64,000 bases of DNA from Lachnospiraceae bacterium (GTDB lineage: Bacteria > Bacillota > Clostridia > Lachnospirales > Lachnospiraceae): assembly GCA_024680675.1 (NCBI GenBank), contig JAILBX010000208.1, positions 18,493 to 82,492 on the forward strand, read 5' to 3'. The position numbers and the translations under genes were made by a program. Within the stretch, counting starts at the first letter, position 1. Every line of letters begins with the position of its first letter. Under the pieces are notes generated by a model. It saw nothing but the letters and a program-made list of their open reading frames with translations, ran no database searches and was not told the origin of the DNA. Below are positions 37,083 through 46,076 of this stretch, in pieces.

Positions 37083-37640
37083 CTATTGATTTTTAATAAA
37101 ATTTTTTATTACTTCAGATAATGTATTTGATACCTCATCCCGGGTAAGATCAAATTCTCCGTTGGTGGACATACAGGCCATTCCATGAATGAATATGAAT
37201 ATTTTCATAAAGAGAGAACTGGCCTTATCCATGTTCAGATTGTGAACCCTTCTAAGCTCCTTGATAACAAAGCCCTTATCCTTTCCGTTTATAAGATCAT
37301 ACATGGTATTTTCATTATCATGCTGGGTCATAAAGAGAAGCTTAAAGAGGTTTATCTCCTCTCTGGCAAATCTGATATAGCTTATTCCCAGATCCACAAA
37401 AGGTATCGCACTTTCCTTTTTATAATTTACGTAAAAATTCTCATAAAAATCTCTGGCCTTATCAAACAGTTCGTCATTCAACGCATCCATGTTCTCATAG
37501 ACTCTGAATATTGGCTGTGTAGAACACCCTATATGAGCCGCCAGCTTCCTGGCTGTTATCATTTCCATTCCCTGTTTTCTTAAAAGATCAAAAGCACTGT
37601 CCAAAATCACTTGTTTTGTGATCTGCTCTTTTCTAGCCAT
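37083..37640 (-). CDS. TetR/AcrR-family transcriptional regulator
   Basis: N-terminal HTH 'ITARKLAAHIGCSTQPIFRVY'. The 185-aa helical protein is the last gene of the decarboxylase array. Confidence 0.85.
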   Translation of the reverse strand: MARKEQITKQVILDSAFDLLRKQGMEMITARKLAAHIGCSTQPIFRVYENMDALNDELFDKARDFYENFYVNYKKESAIPFVDLGISYIRFAREEINLFKLLFMTQHDNENTMYDLINGKDKGFVIKELRRVHNLNMDKASSLFMKIFIFIHGMACMSTNGEFDLTRDEVSNTLSEVIKNFIKNQ

Positions 37641-37666
37641 CGGTTAACTCCTTCTAATAGTTACTT

Positions 37667-39100
37667 CTATACCGGATAAGCACCGTTTTCCGCATCTGCT
37701 TTTGTAGCATCCATCTTTGTCTGCTGTGCTTCACGATATTTAAAGAAGTCCACAGCTACCTGCGGGAAGAGAGCATATGAAAGTACATCTTCATCCTGCT
37801 GTTTGTATTGTACCATCTCTGCTTCAAGCTTATCCATTTCATTAGTAAGTCCGGCAGCATCAGCTGAACGTGAAGTAAATCTCTCTTCTCCCGGAATAAC
37901 CTTATCGATAACTTCCTGATTCATAGGCTTAACAGTCTGGCCGTATTTACCTCTTAAGAGATCCTTGAACTCACCTGTAGCCATCTTGTATCTTTCACCC
38001 ATAAGTACATTGAATACAGCCTGTGTACCAACGATCTGAGATGAAGGTGTAACAAGAGGAGGCTCACCGCAATCCTTACGGACTCTGGGGATCTCTTCAA
38101 GAACATCATTATATTTATCCTCTGCATGCTGTTCCTTAAGCTGAGAAACCATATTTGATAACATTCCACCTGGAACCTGATACAAAAGAGTTTTAATATT
38201 AACTCCAAGAACCTTGGGACTGAGAAGGCCGGTTTCAAGGCACTGCTCTCTGTAAGGTCTGAAGTAATCAGCTATTTCAGCTAAAAGATTCTGATCAAAG
38301 CCTGTATCATAAGGTGTTCCCTTAAAGGCCTCAACCATAACCTCTGTAGCAGGCTGTGATGTTCCTAAAGCAAAAGGTGACATTGCGGTATCAATTACAT
38401 CAACTCCCGCTTCAACTGCCTTAAGATAAGTCATTGAAGCAACGCCTGATGTATAATGGGTATGGAGCTGAATAGGAAGCTTGGTGCTTTCCTTAAGGGT
38501 CTTTACAAGCTCAGCAGCCTTATATGGAACCAAAAGTCCTGCCATATCCTTGATACAAATCGAATCTGCACCCATCTCTTCTATTTTCTTTGCCATATCT
38601 GCCCAGTATTCAAGAGTATATGCATCACCCAGAGTATAGGAAAGAGCTATCTGTGATTCTCCTCTTCCCTCCTGCTTCTTTATCTTGTTTGTAGCATCAA
38701 CCGCAGCCTGAAGGTTTCTGATATCGTTCAGACAGTCAAATATTCTTATTATATCAATTCCGTTTGCAATTGATTTTTCAACGAAGGCATAAACAACGTC
38801 ATCAGCATAAGGACGATATCCCAAAATGTTCTGACCTCTGAAAAGCATCTGAAGCTTGGTCTTTTTAGCGCCATCTCTGATCTTACGAAGTCTGTCCCAG
38901 GGATCTTCCTTAAGGAAACGAAGGGATGCATCAAATGTTGCTCCACCCCAGCACTCCAGTGACTGATATCCCACCTTGTCAAGCTTATCAAGAATAGGAA
39001 GCATAAGATCGGTTGGCATTCTTGTAGCTATAAGCGACTGATGAGCATCACGCAGTATGGTTTCCGTAATTTTTATTGGTTTTTTTTCTATTTCAGCCAT
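37667..39100 (-). CDS. oxaloacetate decarboxylase alpha / transcarboxylase 5S-type carboxyltransferase (no biotinyl domain)
   Basis: TIM-barrel motifs 'LRDAHQSL', 'IKDMAG' and 'LHTHYTSG'. At 477 aa it ends before any 'AMKM' biotin motif. Confidence 0.85.
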   Translation of the reverse strand: MAEIEKKPIKITETILRDAHQSLIATRMPTDLMLPILDKLDKVGYQSLECWGGATFDASLRFLKEDPWDRLRKIRDGAKKTKLQMLFRGQNILGYRPYADDVVYAFVEKSIANGIDIIRIFDCLNDIRNLQAAVDATNKIKKQEGRGESQIALSYTLGDAYTLEYWADMAKKIEEMGADSICIKDMAGLLVPYKAAELVKTLKESTKLPIQLHTHYTSGVASMTYLKAVEAGVDVIDTAMSPFALGTSQPATEVMVEAFKGTPYDTGFDQNLLAEIADYFRPYREQCLETGLLSPKVLGVNIKTLLYQVPGGMLSNMVSQLKEQHAEDKYNDVLEEIPRVRKDCGEPPLVTPSSQIVGTQAVFNVLMGERYKMATGEFKDLLRGKYGQTVKPMNQEVIDKVIPGEERFTSRSADAAGLTNEMDKLEAEMVQYKQQDEDVLSYALFPQVAVDFFKYREAQQTKMDATKADAENGAYPV

Positions 39101-39155
39101 TTTATTTTTTCTCCTTAATAAAATTTCACATTTCTAAATATCTTTCAAAGATCAT

Positions 39156-40307
39156 TTAAAAGACACCAAATATAGCCATAAAGGTTCCGGCTGCAACTGC
39201 TGTACCTATAACACCGGCAACGTTTGGTCCCATAGCGTGCATCAAAAGGAAGTTTGTAGGATCGGCTTCAGCACCGACCTTCTGTGATACTCTGGCCGCC
39301 ATGGGAACAGCTGAAACACCGGCTGAACCTATAAGCGGATTAACCTTACCATGGGTTACCACACACATAAGCTTACCAAAAAGTACACCGGAAGCTGTAC
39401 CAAATGCAAAGGCAATAAGTCCAAGAACAACGATCTTTAAAGTATCAGTGTTCAGGAAGGCTTCAGCACTTGTGGTAGCACCTACGGAGGTTCCAAGTAT
39501 TATAACAACTATATACATAAGAGCATTACTTGCTGTTTCGGTAAGCTGTCTTACAACTCCTGACTCTCTGAAGAGATTACCCAGCATAAGCATACCAACA
39601 AGAGGTGCTGTTGTAGGAAGAAGAAGACATACTACTATAGTAACTATAATAGGGAAAAGGATCTTTTCCAGCTTGGAAACAGGACGAAGCTGTTCCATTT
39701 TAATTTTTCTTTCCTTCTCGGTTGTGAGAAGCTTCATAATCGGCGGCTGAATTATGGGAACCAGTGACATATATGAGTATGCCGCAACGGCTATGGGTCC
39801 CAGTAATGCAGTTTGTCCAAGCTTTCCGGCAAGGAAAATTGATGTAGGACCGTCTGCTCCACCGATTATGGATATTGCTGCGGCAGCCTTGTCATTAAAT
39901 CCAAGAGCTATAGCTCCGAAATATGCGGCAAAGATACCGAACTGTGCAGATGCTCCTAACAAAAAGCTTTTAGGATTGGCAATAAGCGGGCCAAAATCAG
40001 TCATGGCACCAACGCCCATAAATATAAGTGAAGGAAGAATAGCCCATTCATCCAAAAGGTAGAAATAATGAAGCAATCCACCAACCCCATTTGTTGATTC
40101 TTCGATGGTAAGCATAATATCCGGATAGATATTAACCAAGAGCATTCCGAAAGAAATAGGAAGAAGCAACAATGGTTCATATTCTTTAGCAATTGCTAAA
40201 TAAAGGAAAAAACATGCAACAGCTATCATTATGATATTTCCTCCGGTCAGGCCGAAGAAGGCTGTCTGATGTATGAGATTTCCTAAAGTCTCAACTACAT
40301 ATTGCAT
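39156..40307 (-). CDS. Na+-translocating decarboxylase beta subunit (OadB/GcdB/MmdB family)
   Basis: 383-aa polytopic protein with family-typical segments 'GGADGPT' and 'AVPMAARV'. Confidence 0.88.
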   Translation of the reverse strand: MQYVVETLGNLIHQTAFFGLTGGNIIMIAVACFFLYLAIAKEYEPLLLLPISFGMLLVNIYPDIMLTIEESTNGVGGLLHYFYLLDEWAILPSLIFMGVGAMTDFGPLIANPKSFLLGASAQFGIFAAYFGAIALGFNDKAAAAISIIGGADGPTSIFLAGKLGQTALLGPIAVAAYSYMSLVPIIQPPIMKLLTTEKERKIKMEQLRPVSKLEKILFPIIVTIVVCLLLPTTAPLVGMLMLGNLFRESGVVRQLTETASNALMYIVVIILGTSVGATTSAEAFLNTDTLKIVVLGLIAFAFGTASGVLFGKLMCVVTHGKVNPLIGSAGVSAVPMAARVSQKVGAEADPTNFLLMHAMGPNVAGVIGTAVAAGTFMAIFGVF

Positions 40308-40341
40308 TTTATGACCTCCACGTTATCTTACTTTTCTTTCA

Positions 40342-40701
40342 TTAGTTAAGGGTTGCAAGTAAAGCTCCTGCTTCAACTGTATCTCCTACTGCAACATCAA
40401 TGCTTGCAACTGTTCCGTCTGAAGGAGCAACAACAGGTATTTCCATCTTCATTGCTTCAAGGATTATAACAGGATCGCCTTTCTTTACTGCCTTTCCTAC
40501 AGCACTCTCGATCTTAAATACCTTTCCGGCAGCTCCTGCTTCGATCTTTATGGAACCTGCCCCTGAAGATGCCTTCTTCTGAACGGGAGCTGCTTTGGGA
40601 GCTGCTTTCTTCTGAACGGGTGCAGCTGCTCCTGTTGATTCACCTTCTTCAACTGTTACATCATATACGTTTCCATTAACAGTAATTGTATAATTTTTCA
40701 T
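40342..40701 (-). CDS. biotin carboxyl carrier protein (decarboxylase gamma/1.3S-like)
   Basis: 119 aa with an Ala/Pro-rich linker and the biotinylation motif 'EAMKME'. Confidence 0.9.
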   Translation of the reverse strand: MKNYTITVNGNVYDVTVEEGESTGAAAPVQKKAAPKAAPVQKKASSGAGSIKIEAGAAGKVFKIESAVGKAVKKGDPVIILEAMKMEIPVVAPSDGTVASIDVAVGDTVEAGALLATLN

Positions 40702-40726
40702 GATTAAATCCTCCTAAGTGTAATTG

Positions 40727-41518
40727 TCATTTTCTTCTTCTGATACTTCTAACAACGAATCCATCGGAACCGGCCGCAAAAGAGCTGCCTCCCTTTGAAG
40801 CTTCGTAAGCTGCCACAGCCGCTGCTATAACTGCAGCGATCTCTTCCTCATCGTCTACTTCCTCAGAAGTATCTTCAAGGACAGGAGCAGAATTTGTAAC
40901 AGGAACTGCCGCTACCTCTTCTTTCTTTTCAAATAATGCCTGAACCTTAGGAATGTAATTGAAGAGGGATATTATAAGTGATATCAGGATAAGCACCACA
41001 AATACTGTTCCCATTCCCATAAGTGTATTTAGTCCGGCTCTGGCCATTTTCTGTCCGAAAGTATAGTTTATATTAAATGCTGCACTTTCAACAGTATTAT
41101 TGAGATCATCCTTAAATATGATCTCTACCTGACCGCTGCCATTTTCACATTCCACATCGGCAGTGATAATGATACCGTTCCCTTTTGAATTATATTTTGC
41201 AGTATAGCCCTTTATTTCTTTAAAATCACCAATTTCTTTTATGGCTTTATTCCAGGAGTCAAAGCCTGTTATCATGCCCTGACCGTTTACCTTTAAGCCC
41301 ATGGAGTTTTCAAATACATATTCCATGTATTCGGCACCCATTGCGGTAAGGGTAGTAGCCTGTTCTGAATCTAAAGGAGCAAAAGCCCCCTCGATTATGG
41401 CGGAAGCCATTCCTTCAAGACGGGTAGCCTTATCCTCGGCTACGGGATTTTCCGCGTTACAGGCTGTCAATCCTAAAAGGCATACCATAAAACATAATAT
41501 CAATCTGAATTTTTTCAT
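40727..41518 (-). CDS. OadG-family decarboxylase small subunit fused to an N-terminal lipoprotein domain
   Basis: Lipobox 'LTAC', a roughly 150-aa extracytoplasmic domain, the OadG-like TM segment 'MGMGTVFVVLILISLIISLF', and an acidic/Ala-rich tail ending in 'RRRK'. Confidence 0.65.
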   Translation of the reverse strand: MKKFRLILCFMVCLLGLTACNAENPVAEDKATRLEGMASAIIEGAFAPLDSEQATTLTAMGAEYMEYVFENSMGLKVNGQGMITGFDSWNKAIKEIGDFKEIKGYTAKYNSKGNGIIITADVECENGSGQVEIIFKDDLNNTVESAAFNINYTFGQKMARAGLNTLMGMGTVFVVLILISLIISLFNYIPKVQALFEKKEEVAAVPVTNSAPVLEDTSEEVDDEEEIAAVIAAAVAAYEASKGGSSFAAGSDGFVVRSIRRRK

Positions 41519-41539
41519 ATTACGTTCACCATACCCTTT

Positions 41540-42967
41540 CTAGATTGTCCCATGTTTTTTGTAAGGATGATCCTCTCTTTTTGTATAAAGCATTTCAAAT
41601 GCGCCGATAAGATATCTTCTGGCATCTGAACCGTCAATTACCTGATCTACGTATCCTCTTCTTGCAGCTGAAGCAATACTGTTCTGCAAAGCTTCATACT
41701 CAGATGCTTTTTCTGATTGAACAGAAGGCTCATCCTTTGCATACATTATTTTTGCGGCAAGCTTTGAATCCATCATACCTACACTTGCATCAGACAATGC
41801 CAGGGTAAGATCGGCTCCCAAAGCCTTTGAATTCATTACTACATAGGCACTTCCATAGGTCTTTCCTGTTATGAGATTAACCTTGGGTACCGTAGCATTG
41901 GCAAAAGCAAAAGTCAACTTGCTTACAGCCCTTGCGATCTTCTTTTCCGATTCAAGAGTAGCCATAAAGCCCCTTGCATTTGAAAGAGAAAGCACAGGTA
42001 TATTAAAGGAATCACAGAAACTGATAAAATCTGCAGCCTTCTCTGCACCATCAGCAGTAAGTACAGGCTCAAATTTTTCACTGACCTTTCCATCTTCCCC
42101 AAAAAGTGAGACCCTGTTAGCAACAGCTCCCACAGTCTGACCATTTAAACGGATGAAACCGGTAACCATTTCCTTTGCATAATTTTCCTTGATCTCATAG
42201 AAGATCTCATCATCGGCAACCCTTGACAAAGCCACTGCCGGATCATCAAAACAGTCCGCAAAATCATCTGTAAGTCTGTTAAGATCATCACTGCACTCAT
42301 CACCAAAGGAATTATCCTCATTGTTCTCGGGAAGAAGATCTACAAGCTCACGAAGCTTGTCGTAAATATCAGCCTCTTCGCAAACTATATCACAAAGACC
42401 TGATGACTTACTCTGGAAATCACTTGAAGCAGTATTGTTCTTTCCTTCATAATTTCCCTCAAGAGCATTTGGTGAATTCACAAAAAGTGAAGCCTTCTTT
42501 TCCATAATGGTAAAGTCGCTTAAAGCAGTTAAAACTGCAAGTCCTCCGCCACAATTACCAAATACTGCAGTGATCTGAGGTATAACGCCGGAAGCCATTG
42601 ACTGTGCCCTGTAGATCTCTCCAAAAGCATTAAGTGCATCGCTTGACTCCTGTAATCTTAATCCGGCGGAATCTATCAATCCCAGCACCGGTGCGCCTAC
42701 CTTCATGGCAAGTTCATAGAGATTTACGATCTTTTTTGCGTGCATCTCTCCAACAGAACCGCCCATTACGGATGCGTCCTGACTATAGACATAAACAACC
42801 TTATCGTTTATAAGTCCATAACCGGTGACAACACCATCCGAAGCAGCTTCTTTTGGATTCATATTGAAATCTGTTGCTCTGGCAGTAACCAAAGCTCCAA
42901 TCTCAACAAAACTGTTTTCATCGAGAAGAGAACGGATTCTCATGCTCGCATTGGAAGTGTTACTCAT
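41540..42967 (-). CDS. acyl-CoA carboxyltransferase (MmdA/12S-like, divergent)
   Basis: Carboxyl_trans similarity: 'DGVVTGYG..VYVYSQDASVMGGSVGEMHAKKI', 'GLIDSAGLRLQE' and 'GNCGGGLAV'. The second half diverges from canonical MmdA. Confidence 0.8.
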   Translation of the reverse strand: MSNTSNASMRIRSLLDENSFVEIGALVTARATDFNMNPKEAASDGVVTGYGLINDKVVYVYSQDASVMGGSVGEMHAKKIVNLYELAMKVGAPVLGLIDSAGLRLQESSDALNAFGEIYRAQSMASGVIPQITAVFGNCGGGLAVLTALSDFTIMEKKASLFVNSPNALEGNYEGKNNTASSDFQSKSSGLCDIVCEEADIYDKLRELVDLLPENNEDNSFGDECSDDLNRLTDDFADCFDDPAVALSRVADDEIFYEIKENYAKEMVTGFIRLNGQTVGAVANRVSLFGEDGKVSEKFEPVLTADGAEKAADFISFCDSFNIPVLSLSNARGFMATLESEKKIARAVSKLTFAFANATVPKVNLITGKTYGSAYVVMNSKALGADLTLALSDASVGMMDSKLAAKIMYAKDEPSVQSEKASEYEALQNSIASAARRGYVDQVIDGSDARRYLIGAFEMLYTKREDHPYKKHGTI

Positions 42968-43055
42968 TTTGTTTCAGCCCTCCATTTTATTATGTTGATA
43001 TTATGTCAGATAAAAAAGTCTGACAGGTCATTATTTTGAATGTACACCGCTTCAA

Positions 43056-43064
43056 ATTATATCA
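43056..43064 (-). promoter_or_regulatory. extended -10 element (TGATATAAT) upstream of the decarboxylase operon
   Basis: The minus strand reads ..CTATGATATAATTTG.. about 90 nt upstream of the carboxyltransferase ATG. A 7-bp hairpin, TGTCAGA(N8)TCTGACA at 43008..43029, lies in the predicted leader. Confidence 0.35.
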
Positions 43065-43093
43065 TAGATTAAAAATAAATAACAGTAATAAAT

Positions 43094-43121
43094 AAAAAAA
43101 GGTTACATCAACGTAACCTTT
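43094..43121 (-). terminator. rho-independent terminator after scpB
   Basis: Minus strand: AAAGGTTAC-GTTGAT-GTAACCTTT followed by a T-run, 17 nt after the scpB stop. Confidence 0.7.
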
Positions 43122-43137
43122 AATAAATTCTTTATTT

Positions 43138-43839
43138 TTATACATCCAGCTTAACCGACATTTCCTCTTCCGCTTCTTTTTTAAACTCCTCTACCCTTTC
43201 CGGGGCTGCCGTAGGCAGATCATCGATACTCGTAACTCCAAAGCGCCTAAGGAACTCCTCCGTTGTGCCGAAAAGCAAGGGCTTTCCGGGTGCGTTCAGC
43301 CTTCCAAGCTCCTGTATAAGACCATATTCGATAAGCTTATTCACAGCATAATCGGAGCTGACCCCCCGGATCTTCTCGATCTCTATTCTGGTAACCGGCT
43401 GCTTGTATGCAACTATCGAAAGAACTTCAAGCGCACTGTCTGAAAGCTCATATTTTTTAGGTATCTTTGTTATCTTGATAAGGTGTTCATACATACTTAC
43501 CTTTGAGCACATCTGAACACTGTCTTCAAGCTCCATTATGGTGATTCCCCGTTTTTTATTGCTGTCATATCTGTTTTTAAGCTTCTTTACCAGATCAACG
43601 GTATCATCATAGGAATAATTCAGAACCTCTGCCAGACTTTTATAGCTTACGGAATTTCCCACAGAAAATAAAACCGCCTCCACAACGGCTTCAGGATTTT
43701 CAACAGGAAGCTTTTCTTCTGTATTATCCGGGAGCTCTTCCTCTAAAGCACCGGTCATCTCTTCTCTTTTTTCTGACAGAGCTTCATCTGAAGGCTCTGA
43801 TCCCTCCATGTTATCCGATACAACTTCTTCTATATCCAC
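43138..43839 (-). CDS. scpB: segregation and condensation protein B
   Basis: Two winged-helix ScpB motifs ('EAVLFSVGNSVSY', 'ALEVLSIVAYKQPVTRIEIEKIRGV'). The start is GTG after the SD GAGGAG. It has a roughly 45-aa acidic N-terminal extension. Confidence 0.9.
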   Translation of the reverse strand: MDIEEVVSDNMEGSEPSDEALSEKREEMTGALEEELPDNTEEKLPVENPEAVVEAVLFSVGNSVSYKSLAEVLNYSYDDTVDLVKKLKNRYDSNKKRGITIMELEDSVQMCSKVSMYEHLIKITKIPKKYELSDSALEVLSIVAYKQPVTRIEIEKIRGVSSDYAVNKLIEYGLIQELGRLNAPGKPLLFGTTEEFLRRFGVTSIDDLPTAAPERVEEFKKEAEEEMSVKLDV

Positions 43840-43851
43840 AATAATCTCCTC

Positions 43852-44607
43852 TTAGGCTGCTATCTTAGAGGTAATCATTATATCATCAAAAAGCTCTTCC
43901 TGCACTATCATTATTTCTCCGGTCTTCATAAGCTCAAGAACCACGAGAAAAGTCACTACAAGATCCATCTTGGTGGTCTGCTCACACAAAAGATCCCTGA
44001 AGGAAAACTTCCTGTGAACTGCTATATAGGACTTGATATAATCTGTCTTTTCTTCAAGATTTATCTCATCCTTTTCAATTTTGCCAAATTTACTTCTGAT
44101 AGGGTCTATCTTATCAACCTGTTTTTTCATTACGGATTTAAAAATAACGTTCAGCTTAGCCAGATCAAGATCCCCTATAAGGGCATTGTAATCTATAGGC
44201 GCTTCGTATTTTTTGACTTCCTCGGGAATAGTAGGCTTTTTTACAAGGGATTTAAGGCCATGGGTCTCATAACCCTTAAGCTCTATTGAAAGATACTTGT
44301 AAAGCTTATATTCAAGAAGCTTTTCAACAAGCTCGGCTCTTGGATCCTCCTCTTCTCCTTCTTCGTTAACCTCTTTAGGAAGCAACATTCTGCATTTGAT
44401 ATCCAAAAGAGTAGCCGCCATCAGCAAAAAATCGCTCATAATATTCATATCATCGGTATCCATCTGTTTAACATATTCAAGATACTGGTCAGTGATCAAA
44501 GCTATGGGAATATCATAAATATCTACTTCGTTTTTTTCTATAAGATGTAATAACAGATCTAATGGTCCCTCAAAAACTTCAAGCTTAACACTTATACTGT
44601 TCACCAC
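43852..44607 (-). CDS. scpA: segregation and condensation protein A
   Basis: The sequence 'FEGPLDLLLHLI..EVDIYDIPIA' is a typical ScpA N-terminus. The start is GTG after the SD AAGGAGG. Confidence 0.9.
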   Translation of the reverse strand: MVNSISVKLEVFEGPLDLLLHLIEKNEVDIYDIPIALITDQYLEYVKQMDTDDMNIMSDFLLMAATLLDIKCRMLLPKEVNEEGEEEDPRAELVEKLLEYKLYKYLSIELKGYETHGLKSLVKKPTIPEEVKKYEAPIDYNALIGDLDLAKLNVIFKSVMKKQVDKIDPIRSKFGKIEKDEINLEEKTDYIKSYIAVHRKFSFRDLLCEQTTKMDLVVTFLVVLELMKTGEIMIVQEELFDDIMITSKIAA

Positions 44608-44672
44608 TGTTTCCTCCTTACCTTCTTATCCTTATCCTGTCTTTTTCCTTAATAAGCTTATATGAAATATCC

Positions 44673-45578
44673 TTAAGCCCCTTTTCTCCCGGATAAAAGC
44701 TTCACATGAACCACCTCGGCTCTGTTATTTATCCTTATGAGAATACTGTGGGTACCTACTCCACGGCTTAGGATCATAGTTGACTTACCCAGCTTAAATT
44801 CTCCGCTGTCATACTTTGGAAATAATTTATATTGAGGAGATACTAAGCCTCCCAAAAAAGGAATACGTATGATACCCCCGTGAATATGCCCTGATAAGAC
44901 CAGATCAGGCTGCCATTTTGCATAGCCTTCAAACTGATCCGGAAGATGGGCTATCAGGATCGACACCATATCCTCAGCTACCTTTCCAAAGATATTTTCA
45001 AGATAGTCATCCTCTATAGGTCTTCCCTTAAACTTTTTATAATACTTATTCTCAAGATCAAGACCATATATCTTTATACCTTCTTTTTCCAGAGTAACGG
45101 TCTCATTTTGCAGTATATGGATACCGTATTTTTCCAATTCAGAAGTATAGGCCTTCCATTTTTTTAAAAAATCATAGGGAGCACGCTTGAGCTTTTCCTC
45201 ATGATTACCTATCCCGTAATACAAGGGATATCTTTCCTTAAGTCTTCTTAACAGGGCTATGGTACTTTCATACTCCTTTAGACTTTCTGTATTCTCACCT
45301 GCCGTGACCATATCTCCTGCAAGCAGTATGGCATCCGGAGCTATGTCATCAATTATCCTTATAAGCTTCTCGTTATTCTTACCGTAAGACATATTATGAA
45401 GATCTGAAAGCATAACAAAATCAAATTCATCAACTTTAAGCTTATCAAATATGTATTCGAAGTTCGAAACTGACAAGGATGTGCTTTCTATATATATGTA
45501 TAGCCCTGCCAAAAGCAGTAAAATAAAGATAATCAGCAAAAACAACATATATTCCACTCTAATATTCCAAAACCACAA
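44673..45578 (-). CDS. membrane-anchored metallophosphoesterase (YkuE-like)
   Basis: N-terminal TM helix and calcineurin-like motifs 'SDLHN', 'AGDMV', 'GNHE' and 'GHIHGG'. Confidence 0.8.
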   Translation of the reverse strand: MWFWNIRVEYMLFLLIIFILLLLAGLYIYIESTSLSVSNFEYIFDKLKVDEFDFVMLSDLHNMSYGKNNEKLIRIIDDIAPDAILLAGDMVTAGENTESLKEYESTIALLRRLKERYPLYYGIGNHEEKLKRAPYDFLKKWKAYTSELEKYGIHILQNETVTLEKEGIKIYGLDLENKYYKKFKGRPIEDDYLENIFGKVAEDMVSILIAHLPDQFEGYAKWQPDLVLSGHIHGGIIRIPFLGGLVSPQYKLFPKYDSGEFKLGKSTMILSRGVGTHSILIRINNRAEVVHVKLLSGRKGA

Positions 45579-45697
45579 TATCTAGTATTATATCATGTCT
45601 TATAATAATTTCAAGGGAAAATCCCAAAGAGCAGACAAAACCCCAAGATATAGTGTTTGCCCCTTATCCCTGATATTCTGCCCCCGGAAAAAAAGGC

Positions 45698-45725
45698 AAA
45701 AAAAAACAGGGATGAAATTCCCTGT
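45698..45725 (-). terminator. rho-independent terminator after rpsU
   Basis: Stem ACAGGGA/TCCCTGT (45706..45712 and 45719..45725) with a 6-nt loop, followed on the minus strand by T9. Confidence 0.75.
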
Positions 45726-45735
45726 TTTCAAAAAA

Positions 45736-45915
45736 TTAATTATTATATTTACGTTTCCTTGCAGCTTCAGACTTCTTCTTACGCTTTACACTGGGCTTTT
45801 CGTAATGCTCTCTCTTACGAATTTCCTGCTGAATTCCTGCCTTTGCACAATTCCTCTTAAAACGACGTAATGCACTGTCTAAAGATTCATTTTCTTTTAC
45901 TATTACGTTTGACAC
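45736..45915 (-). CDS. rpsU: 30S ribosomal protein S21
   Basis: Missed by the ORF track (59 aa). It starts at a GTG after the SD GGGAGGG. The translation is [59 protein letters not shown], a textbook S21 sequence. Confidence 0.92.
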   Translation of the reverse strand: MSNVIVKENESLDSALRRFKRNCAKAGIQQEIRKREHYEKPSVKRKKKSEAARKRKYNN

Positions 45916-46012
45916 TGTCCCTTTTCCCTCCCTTCAGCTTCCATCTGTGTATATACTACACCTGAAGGATTATTTTATGTTTTTTCATTTGATCAAAATC
46001 AGACCACAAGTA

Positions 46013-46040
46013 ATTATAACATAATTTCAGTTATAGTCAA
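46013..46040 (-). promoter_or_regulatory. sigma-A promoter of rpsU
   Basis: Minus strand: TTGACT (46035..46040), a 16-nt spacer ending in TG, then TATAAT (46013..46018). Confidence 0.55.
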
Positions 46041-46076
46041 CTCTTTTTCTTCTTTAACCCGGGGAAAGAGCTATTA

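Noticed and set aside
42968-43093. The leader of the decarboxylase operon, considered as a riboswitch.
   Set aside because: It is only about 90 nt with a single 7-bp hairpin. I recognise no conserved riboswitch core sequence and no terminator/antiterminator alternative.
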